From the NCBI RefSeq assembly GCF_037042905.1, contig NC_087263.1:7690001-7754000 (forward strand): a stretch of 64,000 nt of DNA, read 5' to 3'. The position numbers were made by a program, and so were the translations under genes. Source of the DNA: Lytechinus pictus (Eukaryota). Positions 38,473-49,510 of the stretch are shown here, in pieces. The notes below the pieces were generated by a model that was given only the letters and a program-made list of their open reading frames with translations, was not told where the DNA came from and did no database searches. Position 1 is the first letter of the stretch; every line of letters starts with the position of its first letter.

Positions 38473-38873
38473 TCATTTTCAAGCTCAGCCGGTATGTTCC
38501 TGACATCAAGCCCTCTCGTATCAAGACGAGCAACCAGTGCTGTTCGCAGGACCGCCTTTTCAAGGCAAACTTTCCCGAAGTCCGGGTGGGCTGTAATGCA
38601 TGGTATGCTTTCGTTCATATGTGTCCTACAGTTTGCAAGCTCCACACAACATCGAGATTGCAACACAGTTTCCATTGGTGTGCATTGACCACAAAAACAC
38701 CAGTCGTTATTGGCAAGTCGATCACCCTCTGGATCCGGAGCCGGTGGGGATGGTGGTGCACTGCCGTCACTTTGCCGTCGGCGTCGCCTCTCTAGAATTT
38801 CTTCTGCCGTGTATTTTGGTTCAAAAGAGTAGGGTTTTAGTACACCTTCCCCTTCCATCGTGTCCATAACCAT
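38473..38873 (-). CDS. KolX / P2X7-ballast-like protein, exon 1 (Cys-rich zinc-binding half)
   Basis: MVMDTMEGEGVLKPYSFEP...WCFCGQCTPM....SRCCVE...CITAHPDFGKVCLEKAVL; donor GA|gtaggt (phase 2) joins exon 2 in frame. The start Met (38873, 38867 or 38858) is uncertain. Confidence 0.9.
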
Positions 38874-41800
38874 AACAGAGTTAAACCAAACAATATAGAT
38901 CTATTTCGAGATATGCCTACACAACAACGATTCAGAGAATATTTACGGAAGCACTGCGCTAGTGGTAGTAGAGTTGAACGGAATGACAAGCTGCTCGTTA
39001 TGTAACATGCAGCGGACGCTAGTTGCATGGACACCCGACAGTGTCGGGGTGATTAGTTGTCTAGTGTAGGGTATATCGGCAAACTTTGCAAGCGACTGGC
39101 CTGTTCATTAATTTTTTTCGTACGGTTAATTTTTATGGATCAAAATTATAATTTGGATTCATATTTAAATACGAAAATATATATAATATAGCAATCATAT
39201 TTTATTTATACCATTTTTAACCTAAAATGGGAATAATTTTTTTTTTTTTTTTGTATTTATAACAAACGTGTGACCAAAAGATATTGACCAATGACGATCG
39301 AAAATTTCCTACTTCGTCACATACGTCACGAATTTGGTCGGGGCTTAGAAATATGGCGATGCTCAGAGGGGGCCAAGACAGCATCATATTATTGTCTTTT
39401 TCTGCTTTCTGGGTTAGTTTTTAGGGTAATTGTTAATCTTATTGAGCAACATATATAATTATCTTTATCAAGAGACAAAGTTGACCTCTGGGGTTTGGTT
39501 TCCTTTAAATCTTTGTGAAACACACTGCCCAACTTAGGCAAAAGGAAGCAAGTGACACATCATGCAGTCAAATATAATTTCTGAAATACCCTTTGTATGT
39601 TGCACATTCAGACAAAATTTGGGGGAAAAATTAGAACTATGGAAAGATATTGAAGAAAATATGCTGTTATTTTGTTAAATTGCATTGATGCCTATATAAA
39701 TGCCGAACACACATTGCTCATTTACAACAAATGATACTTTGGTATTAAACTTGCCTCCTTTTGCCAAAGTACAGCAGAACACCCCCCCCCCTGATTTTGA
39801 TAAAGACTTAATTTGCCCGGTCTTGTTTGCATCCTCTCTGATGTACATGTAGGTGTGGACTTGGCCTTTAAACACACATGGTCAGTCACCTACACAATGT
39901 ATAAACAAACAAAATGAACGTTAATGAATTAATATGGATCTGCAGAGTGGGACTTCATGTAAGTCAAGTAGACTTCCTTCTTAACCGTAATAGCCTGATG
40001 ATAAGCTCCAAGGTACCTCTTTGTAATTAATGTTCATGTTTAGAAGTATTGTTACAAACACAACAGATGGGTGTTTTTTAAGAGCGACTGGTGAACCTTT
40101 CCAACGCGCCGAATAATCACCAATGAACATTTCATGGTGAATATCGTTTACCACAAGAAAGGATCACCAGACGTTCTTAAAGTCACTTTTAACTTAAGTT
40201 AAAAGTGAAACAGCTTTATTAAACAACGCACCCCAGATTATTGCCTCGTTCAGACGCAGACAGTTTTGGTTGGAGAAAGTTCGGAGGAAATTTAATTGTG
40301 ACCCTAAGCCACACTTAAATCTAATTTGTGACCCCCCCCCCCCCCCCGATTTGATCAATCCTTGCCCAGTCTTGTTTGCATCCTCTCTGATGTAGGTGTG
40401 GACTTGGCCTTTTAACACACATGGTCAGTCACACAATGTATAAACAAACAAAATGAAAGTAATTTAGGAATTAATATGGATCTGCAGAGTGGGAGTTCAT
40501 GTAGGTCTAGTAGACTTCCTTCTTTAACTACCGTAATAGCCTGATCTTTGATGATTATAAACTCCAAGGTACTTCTTAATGTTCATGTTTAGAAGTATAA
40601 TTGTTACAAACACAACAGATGGGTGTTTTTTAAGAGCGACTGGTGAACCTTTCCAACGCGCTGAATAATCACCAATTAACATTTCATGGTGATTTAATTA
40701 CCACAAGAAATAGGTGAGCGGCCAGAAGCCAAAAAGTGCCTTATTTCTTGACTTTAATCCCCCCGGCTGGATCAAAGCAAAATCATACATCAAATTAAAG
40801 GAAATTTTCTGAATTTGTCGGAATTGGGCATTAAAAATGTTGTAATGTGTAGCATCTCCATGGAAACCAACCTTGAATAAGCCACGCCCATTTTAAATAC
40901 TTATTGAATATTTCTTGTGAATATTGATTTTTTACTCATTAATTTGAATTATCAGGTATTTTTTCTTATTTTCAAAGGATAGATCCACTATATATTGTAA
41001 GAAGAATTACTGAAAAACAACTTAGCATGAATTTTATGAACGTTTTCTCAGAAACTGTTGCCTAGCAACAAAAATTTCCTTAGCAACCATTTAGCTCCTT
41101 AAGTAAACCACTTATTTTTCCATTTCAAACCTAACTTTTAACTGTTTAACTAGGTTAAATTAAACCAAATAAATTACACCAATGAAATTCTATGAAGTAT
41201 TATTGAAAAATAATAAAAAGAACTGAAAACCCCAATTTTAACCATTGCGAACCTCAAATAAATTTGGTAAGCTCTAACTGACATACCCCTTCACATTGTA
41301 CAAATCGCCATATTATGTTCATTTTGACTGCGTGCATTGAAACATGTATGTACAAGTCACATACTTTATATTTTGTGGTGAAAAAGTTGATTGAGTTAAT
41401 AATACCTGATCAATTAACATGTAGTATCTTGTCTTCAATAGAACAACAACAAAATGGCCATTTCATATTACCCATGGATACCAATTCATTGCCTAGCAAC
41501 GACTATTTTCCATAGCAACGACTATGTTAACACTCTTTTCCCTGGACAAATCTGTGGAAAAATAGTCCATTATGAGCAATAATACTGACACAATTATCAT
41601 ATAGATGCCTGCAACCTCGTTTTCAATAATCATTCAACAAACTGACTATTTTATAGCTTCCTTGGAGACAAAGGTGTTGCCTAGAAACAATATTCCATAG
41701 CAACGGCTATGTTACCACTCTTCATCTCGGCCAAATGTGCTGAGGAAGTTGTGCCTTAGAGTAAAAATATTGAGAAAATTAACATGATAGTTTGTTATCG

Positions 41801-41952
41801 ATAGGCAAACATCATTCCGGAGTTGTACCATTATCTACTGACACAATTCCATTGCCTAGCAACACTATTTACCTTAGCAACGATGTATTTTTCCCCTTAA
41901 AAATTTTGAGGAAAATAATCCACTTTTAAGTGTGCAGTATACCATTTGTTAA

Positions 41953-42923
41953 AGGGATGGTCCAGGCTGAAAATATTTATATCTTCCCTCCAGACCCACT
42001 TATTTCAAAATTACAAACCATTTTTTTAAAGAGTCAAAAAGTAACAAAGACCCCCACTATCTTATTAATGTTAAATAACATGGAAATATTGCGTAGTCTT
42101 TCATCCAGACCCAGATCTTTCAAATAACAAATGATGAAAAAAAAAAAAAAAAAAAAGACCCACGATCCTATTTATGTTGAATAACATGGAAATATAGCAT
42201 AGTCTTTCCTCAAGACCCAGTTATGAAAATCATTAAAAACACAACAACAACAACAACAACAAAACAAAGACCCTGCAATCTTATCAACATTGAATAGCAT
42301 GGAAATATGGTGTGTCTTTGCTCCAGACCCAGTTATTTCAAAATAGGAAATTATATGAAACAAACATCCAATATTAACAAAGACCCCACAATATCGTTGA
42401 TGTAACGTTGTTGTTGTTGTTGTTATCTTGGGTTTTAAGGCGCGTATCATTCAGACATCAATATGTACGCCTATGATTAATTTTTCGTTTTTGTGGTTAA
42501 AAATGTGATGCATTATATGGATCAGCGCTGCTTTATTGCATTATTTTCTATTGAATCTGAGGGTGCTCCAAACTTTTGGCTTGTACTGGATGAATTAAAT
42601 GAATCCAAAGTAAAGACAACGCTCTAAACACACGTTTTATCACAGGGTCTTAGTTTGGAAGATGGTTGGGTCCTTCAATTTTAAGTGTTTGTTTCTTTAT
42701 TTGTGTAAATTACAAAAGAAGAAGTGGGGATATGACATCATCAGCCCACCTAATGAATATTCATAAAGATATACCTAAAACTGTTTCACCGGAATAATGC
42801 AAATCTTTAAAATTTAATAACTTGTTATTTCTTATCCGATTTTGATCAAATTTTCACCATTTTGCTTTGTGAATTTTACTCTATTAGTTGAGATATAGAG
42901 ATTATCCAGCCTGGACCATCCCT
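41953..42923. mobile_element. Kolobok-type MITE family D with an internal ~115-bp minisatellite (~41990-42400)
   Basis: TTAA|AGGGATGGTCCAGGCTG ... CAGCCTGGACCATCCCT; internal unit aaagacccc..aataacatggaaatat..gtcttt..agaccca repeated about 3.5 times. Confidence 0.7.
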
Positions 42924-43651
42924 TTCAATAATATACCTACATGCATACTGGCAATGGTAAATTAAAGGACACCACTTCATTTCTCTTATTTCTATAAAAA
43001 AAAATCATTTATCCTTGTTTGTATATTGCTTGTCTACCAATTCTAAACAGTGCGATGAGCATGGCATTTAAACTTATCACATATAAAAGAGCAGCTTCAA
43101 AGAGAAATTTAAATGTTGCAGATAAAAAGAGAATAATATGGTTTGGAGGATTCATAGCTGGGTACATAACATTTTTTTAGTGTGCTACAGTAGGTATAGC
43201 ATTGATGATATATTAGAATGGACAACACTACTCTTCAGGCACAGTCCCTGATTTGATCATAAAGTGGGTCTTCACCTAAGGCTTGTACAGATATTTTTTT
43301 TCAATTTCAGGGACGTCCTATACTCCATTAAGTCATTGGCAGAGGCTTTTGGCTGCATATTCAGATCACTTTCCTCGAGTGAATATGGAATGGTTAACAA
43401 ATGGATCTGTTTTGTCAAATAATACCTAATCACCCATGCATGTCCAACTTCCAAGGTTGTGTCTGGGTGGAGGCTGTAGCCCAAAGATGCCAAAGTTGTG
43501 AGTTCGACAAGTTTCTGTTGAAACTTTAATACTATTAAAGTGTCAGAAGTTAAATCACAGGGAACTTTTAATGTCACTTTCAATTTGATAACTGTCAAGA
43601 AATCAGAGGGATGAAAGTATGAAAACCTGGGATCTTAAGACTTAATATGAT

Positions 43652-43852
43652 GGTTGTTCACCTGATTACTAAGAAAGCATGAATGCTTGTAAGCAAACAA
43701 CCAGAGGACCGACAGCTTAATGTCCTCTCCAAAACCTGGTAACATGGTAATGAGGATGCGCCTTACAAAAGAGCACTAATGTACCAAGTGGGAATCAAAT
43801 CAAGGTCACCGGAATCCGAAACCCCCGCTCTATCGACTGAGCTATCATTCCT
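43652..43852 (-). mobile_element. tRNA-derived SINE (same family as 56916-57135)
   Basis: Reverse complement: atagctcagtcgatagagcgggggtttcggattccggtgacc...gattcccacttgg...gagaggacattaagctgtcggtcctctggttg. Confidence 0.8.
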
Positions 43853-44289
43853 GATTAGGCCAAGAAAAGGACAAGAAAACCATTAAAGATAAAAAGGCTT
43901 ACTAAATTGGGAGATGTTTTCTATGTCTATATAAGTGTCATTATGTAATATGTCATGATGTTTGCACACATCTATTGAGACAACCAGGGAGGGGCATACA
44001 AGAAAAGTCCCTAAATATGGAGAGGAGGCATATCAGCTTAAGTGGTCTTTGATGTTGTCCTTCAGGTATTTTCTGCTACAGCGATAGTGTCAGTGACTCC
44101 GGATGTTAAAAACTAATGCCTTAAATACTCAGTTTAAAAAAAGATGTCTGAAACAAAAGGATTCCTCTCAACATGCATACACATGTAAAGGACATCGACA
44201 AAGCTTCGAGAAAAGCTTCGGGAAAAACAGGTACACATGCCACTATTGTAGGGCTTACACTAACGCTACTATTCGTTCCATGGAGATTT

Positions 44290-45140
44290 AGATCACGCAA
44301 ATGCACTCCCAACATCCAGCAGTATCATCTGACAAGTAGTGTAATCCCTAGAGTTAGCAACTACAATTACTTGGGTGTTACAGTTTCTTCTGATCTGCGA
44401 TGGAACAAGCATTGCCCATTCGTCCGGCAGAAAGCAAGTCGTACTCTTGGACTCTTTCCTCTTGTACAAGAGATGTGAAGTCGAGGGCCTACACATCCTT
44501 AGTGCGCCCCCAACTAGTATATGGCTGTGAGGCCTGGAATCCTGCTTGAGCAAGTACAAAGATCAGCGGCTCGCTTCGTGTACTCGGACTACAGGATTTC
44601 CACATCACCTTCATCTCTTGTGACGTCATTGGAATTGGATGCACTACACACACGCCGAATCCTTGGCCAATGTTCCCTCTTTCACAAAATCCACTACCAT
44701 CATGTCTTCATAACTCTTCCACTTATCGTCACCCCAGCAACATTTTATACAAGACATGATCACAACTTGAAGTACATCATACCTGAAGCCACAATCGACC
44801 CCTTCAAGTTCTCGTTCTATCCAAGAACGATAAGGAACTGGAACAACCTACCCAGCTCAGCTGCCAACACCAAAGGAATGTCCAGTTTCAAGGAGGCTGC
44901 TCTCCCTGCCATCAGAATGATGCAGCCCCCTGTTGGATCCCAAATGATTTAAATTCAAAAGCTTGGTTTTTACTTGCACTCAGCATAGCATGTTTTACTG
45001 TACATATAAACAATTGCTATGTCTATCCATCACCATTTCTGCACTTCATGATGCTCCTTCCAGTGGCTCACTTTATTCATCATCCCAGTATAGCTTCTGT
45101 ATGAGCTGCCAATGGGATCACTACATCAAGTATCAAGTAA
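44290..45140 (+). mobile_element. 5'-truncated, frameshifted CR1/L2-group LINE 3' end
   Basis: YNYLGVTVSSDLRWNKH...KASRTLG / AYTSLVRPQL / LEQVQRSAARFV...FSFYPRTIRNWNNLP over several frames; (ATCAAGT)-type tail at ~45125-45138. Confidence 0.8.
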
Positions 45141-45529
45141 TGTAAATCTTTAAAGACATCCATGGTATAAGAAATATGTCTGAGAATATATCTAAAACTG
45201 ATGTAATTGGGATGATACCCCTACAGTATTGCTAAAACATACTAATCTGTATTTGTAATGATGATTTGTTCATATAATAAGGCTGGAACATCTAAATTAC
45301 AGCCATAATTTTGTATCGCTGCTTGAATGGAGTGGGAAAACATTGAACTGTGCAATAATCTCTAAAGTAATAATCAATCATCAGTGTGCCAAAACGAACT
45401 CAGTGATGATCTGGCAAGTCTAACTCCTTACTGTCCTATAAATAATCTCTGAGCCAATCCAAAAAGACCCCCAAATAAGAGTGTATTCCACCTTAAAAAA
45501 CAGAGAGCAGATCAAAAACTGAGGGTCAG

Positions 45530-46240
45530 GTGGTAACAAGCCAACCTACCTTGGCGTCATTCTAGACCTTTTTTCATAGAAAGAACATGCTGCCAAAACA
45601 AATGCAAAATTTGGAGCAAGGAATATCATTCTGAAGAAGCTGGGAGACAGATTGGGAATTGACAGATGCCAAATCTATCTGTACCACAGCTCTTGCTCTA
45701 TGCTTCTCCACTGCTGAGTATGCAGCCCTTGGTGCTATATTGACCCCAAGTCTTGAATGGAGCTTGCAGAGCCATCACTGGCTGCTTGCGACTAACAGAA
45801 GTGGGTAATCTTTACCTACTCTGTATTATTGTCCCACCGTACGTCAGAAGAGAAGTCATCAGCACAGATGAAAGAAAAAAAATCAAGAACATAGTATTCC
45901 CACTCGTCAACCATGAACCTGCCAAGAGACTCAAATCTAGACACAGTTTTCTCCGCTCAACAGAATCCCTTGATGACTCTGCACGCATGAAAGCGGCACC
46001 CTCTGGTCTAACAATCTCCAGTCTGTGATGCACAATCTCACCTATGGACTTTAATAGTACATCACTATCCAGGTCCAAGTGAAGAATGGCCTACCTGATC
46101 TTGTTTGAATCGCCTATGGGGCTACAATAGGGAAGGAGAAACTACCTGTAACTGTAAGGATGATCATAGGATACAACACTTTTGTGTCTGCTCCCTCCTA
46201 CCAGAGCTATGAACTGCCACTGCCTTTGCCACTGCACGAT
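45530..46240 (+). mobile_element. Degenerate Ingi/Vingi-type LINE 3' fragment
   Basis: PTYLGVILD; TTALALCFSTAEYAA; LNGACRAITGCLRLT..LYLL..IVPP.VRRE; RLKSRHSFL. Confidence 0.7.
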
Positions 46241-46764
46241 AGTCTTTTCACAGGAAAATTTCATGTCATTCTTGTACCATTAACAGGACATGACATCTTT
46301 AGTGACCTAAGAAGAAGTTTGTCATTAATTATCTTACTGGTAGAAGACACCTATTTATGGTAATCTGACATTTGGGGGAAAATGATTATTTGCTAAAGGG
46401 TTGTTGGATGGGGGAGGGAGCAGGGACTTAATTGGTTCCTGATGGGGTTGTCGGTTAGGCTAAAACTTTGCTGAAAAGGTGCCTATATTCTGATTGTTAG
46501 TGTTTTAAGGTGAAAATTACAATTTGCCAGTGAATGAGCAAAGACATTCGATGCTAACAATATTACCCCATATCTACATACCCCCTTAAAAAGCCACCTT
46601 TTGCAGAGACAAACTCCTGCACACCTAGGCTCTCTTTGGTCATAGTAAACTGCATGGTTTTAAAGGGCAATATTTGCTCTGTGCCCATCTTCTCGGGTCA
46701 CTACACAAGTCCTGTGTAGTAGAGGGTTCAAGCAAGATCTGGCTTTTGGGTTGAACGACTCCAG

Positions 46765-46920
46765 GGGTCCGTTTCATAAAGGACTTGCAACTGTTGGAAC
46801 TTTGCCATTATGGCAACTACCATGGTAACAGGGCTCATCAGCCAATCAGAATCAAGGTTGCCATGGTAGTTGCCATAATGGCAAAGTTACAACAGTTGTA
46901 ACTCTTTATGAAACGGGCCC
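46765..46920. mobile_element. Near-perfect hairpin Harbinger-like MITE, CAG TSD
   Basis: CAG|GGGTCCGTTTCATAAAG...TTTGCCATTATGGCAACTACCATGG / CCATGGTAGTTGCCATAATGGCAAA...CTTTATGAAACGGGCCC|CAG. Confidence 0.85.
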
Positions 46921-46949
46921 CAGATCTTTGGAAGCGCACGGCTCTGGTG

Positions 46950-49510
46950 GGGGGGGGGGGGGTGCAGACCAAAAGGTGATGCACTGTCTGATCCTCCCCT
47001 CAGTCGTAGATAGTGTCTGCATCCATGCTGTAGCCCCGAACTGCATATTAAGGACTTGCACCTTCCTGATCCAGACCATAAGCGATTAAGACATAGTCAG
47101 GATGACCATTCGTCACTTGAACCTGGGGGCGTGATTCGCTAGGTCACATGGTAAGCTTTTGCGTCACAGACTGGAGGTGGTTTGACCATTATAGGGGGAT
47201 CCTTTGACTGTGTGCATATCCATCAAGGGATTCAGTCAAGTGAAGTGAAGGATTCGAGTCTCTTTTTGGCAGGTTCATAGTTAAAGAGTGGAAGAAGGAC
47301 ATATTTTTCTTTGCTTGTTTTTCCATCCATTCTGATACCTCTATGTGTGGGGGACTGTGCCACACACTAGGTAAAGATCATCTTCTCTTTTGGTAGCGGA
47401 CAGTCGGAAATTGCTCTGCAAGCAGCATTCAGGATTGGGTTAAACTTGAAGCATACAGCAGAGCTTTTGAACGGATGGTTTGGCATCTGTTCCCCATATC
47501 GTGTTAGCAAGCCTCTTTTTGATGTTGTTCCTTTCTCCAGCTTTTGCCTTTGTCTCGGCAATATGTTCTTTGTACGCAATAGTGACGTCCAGGTAGGCAG
47601 GCTTGATGGCATGTTTCATTCACTTTCAAGTTTCAACACCATCTGACCAGCAGTTTCCGGTCTGCATCTCTATTGTTAAGGTGGAAGACGCTAAGTTGGG
47701 TTTTCTCTGGATAGTAAAGAGTCAGATATGCCAGAGCATCACTGAATGTTTTTTCCACCTCTTCTGCTTTTATGAGGCAATAAGCAGTTTATCAGCATAG
47801 GTAGCTCTTGGTGTTTGGGTGGATTAGTTGGTCGTTTGTGTATTTGGACAAGGACACTTCTTTGTGGGGGACCATTTTTCTGCCTCCACCATTTGCTGCT
47901 GGAACCACTGAGATTCACAAACACCCGGTTTGGGGGCATGTTCTGAATTAGCCTTGTCAACTTGACATCCTTTGTCATCACAATGACTTTCCTCGTAAGT
48001 AGGCCTACCCTATGATTAACTGGTTCATAAGCTGCAGAGAAGTCAACAAAGGCTGCTCCAGTTTTCAGACCTTCCTCAAACCATCTACTTGAATGAGGAA
48101 CTCAGTCACAAAGGGAGCAATGCGGTTAAGCAGGAGCCTTTCAAAGGGATTGTGTGTGTGACAGAGTAGAGAGATAGTTCTGTAACTCCTTGGGCTGATT
48201 GGGTCTTTGCCTACATGTAGCTCGAGTTAGGCAACTACCCTCAATTTCCTCTTGCCATATTTTTTTCATGCAAACAGTCGATTAATATGTCAGCAGCCAT
48301 TGGGCTGCAACAGGTCCAAGAAGTGTGATCTGCTCACAGAGGACATCTAATCCAGGTTCCTTGTTGCTCTTCATTATTTTCTTCTTTTTTTTTTGGAGGA
48401 TTTTCTGCATTTATTGGAATATATACAAAACAAATTTACAATGCTTGAGACATAATCATAATATAGCATAAAGTACATAACCAAGTGACAATCTTATATG
48501 TAGTGACTGGAGAAAGACATAAATACAATATATAAAAAATATATAGTAAAATGCAGAGGCAAACTATATAAGCAAATATATGCTTGAAGCATAGCAGCCA
48601 AAAAATTATTTTCTTTAATAGCATAGCACAAGCAGACAAGACGTTCATGCTGAATTGTCTTGTGTTTTCAAATGACTCTTCAGTTGGGACGCTGTCTCTG
48701 CTCTTTTAGGGAGGTTGGCCCTTCGCGGGCAATAAATAGGGTGACCATGACTGTACACAAGAAAATAGTGGGTCACTTGGTCGGTGGTCACTAGGGGTAT
48801 AGTTTGAGACTCGCATAGTCGTTTTCAATGATCCGAATTGTTTTCCTGGCTTTTCTGCTGTAGTGAGTCATATCCATTGATTTGTTAAATCACTGTCACT
48901 TTCTTTTTTTACTATCCATAATGGCAGTTGTCTATTTCCCCCCACATTCAAGTGTATCGGCACCAAAGGGGTAATTCTCAAAGCTCCTGAAAATTTTATT
49001 GTACAGCAGCTTCGTCATCCGTCAAGCCAGGAGAATAGTTTGTACGGCATCCTCGTGGAATATTTTTCTGTGATGATTTCTTCAACAGCTTTCCAAATGT
49101 GTCGTAATGAGTACGGAGTGCTGGAAGATCCTGTGGGTAGGTATTCGGATCTATGACAAACTGCTCCCAGATTGCTTTCTTCAGGGTGAAACGTCTGTGA
49201 AAGGGAACTGTGCGTGGAGTGGTGTCTGCATTCACCTTCAGCCCAATCGGTCGATGTTGAGTGTGCGGGAGAGGGTCAAGCACAACCTTCTCACATTTTG
49301 TTCGGTGATGCAATCTGATTTGCATCTGACCAGTTCTCCTCAAGTTTTCCATCTCATTGGTTTATCCATACCCCCAGATAATGCTGTGACTGTTTAAATC
49401 CCCAATAATTACATTTCCTCGATCGGAGGTGGCTTTTCGGGGAAGGGAGGAAGATTGGTTAGGAGGTTTATAGAAAGAACTTAAAGAAATACTCATAAGT
49501 TCAATGGTTA
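46950..49510 (-). mobile_element. Degenerate Ingi/Vingi-type LINE (endonuclease end + RT), interrupted at ~48360-48660
   Basis: Minus-strand fragments HRPIG...RRFTLKKAIW...IPRGCRTNY.PGL; KTGAAFVDFSAAYEPVNHR; RVFVNLSG..SKWWRQKNGPPQRSVL; LNAACRAISDC; many stops and frameshifts. Confidence 0.75.

Larger units (their letters stand above)
23828..39504 (+). mobile_element. Full-length Kolobok DNA transposon (15.7 kb) encoding a THAP-DDE transposase and KolX/P2X7-ballast protein
   Basis: TTAA (23824-23827)|AGGAAACCGAACCCC ... GGGGTTTGGTTTCCT|TTAA (39505-39508): 15-bp TIR, 1 mismatch. Joined flanks give gtgaccctaagccacacTTAAatctttgtgaa, present uninterrupted at ~40298 and ~51398. Two convergent open genes. 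Confidence 0.92.

Noticed and set aside
36248..38873. A true P2RX7 receptor gene
   Set aside because: Only the ballast-like domain is present, with its own start codon, no transmembrane or ectodomain exons, and it lies inside transposon TIRs.
41990..42400. CRISPR-like repeat-spacer array
   Set aside because: Degenerate ~115-bp minisatellite with homologous, not unique, intervening sequence; eukaryotic context; no cas genes.
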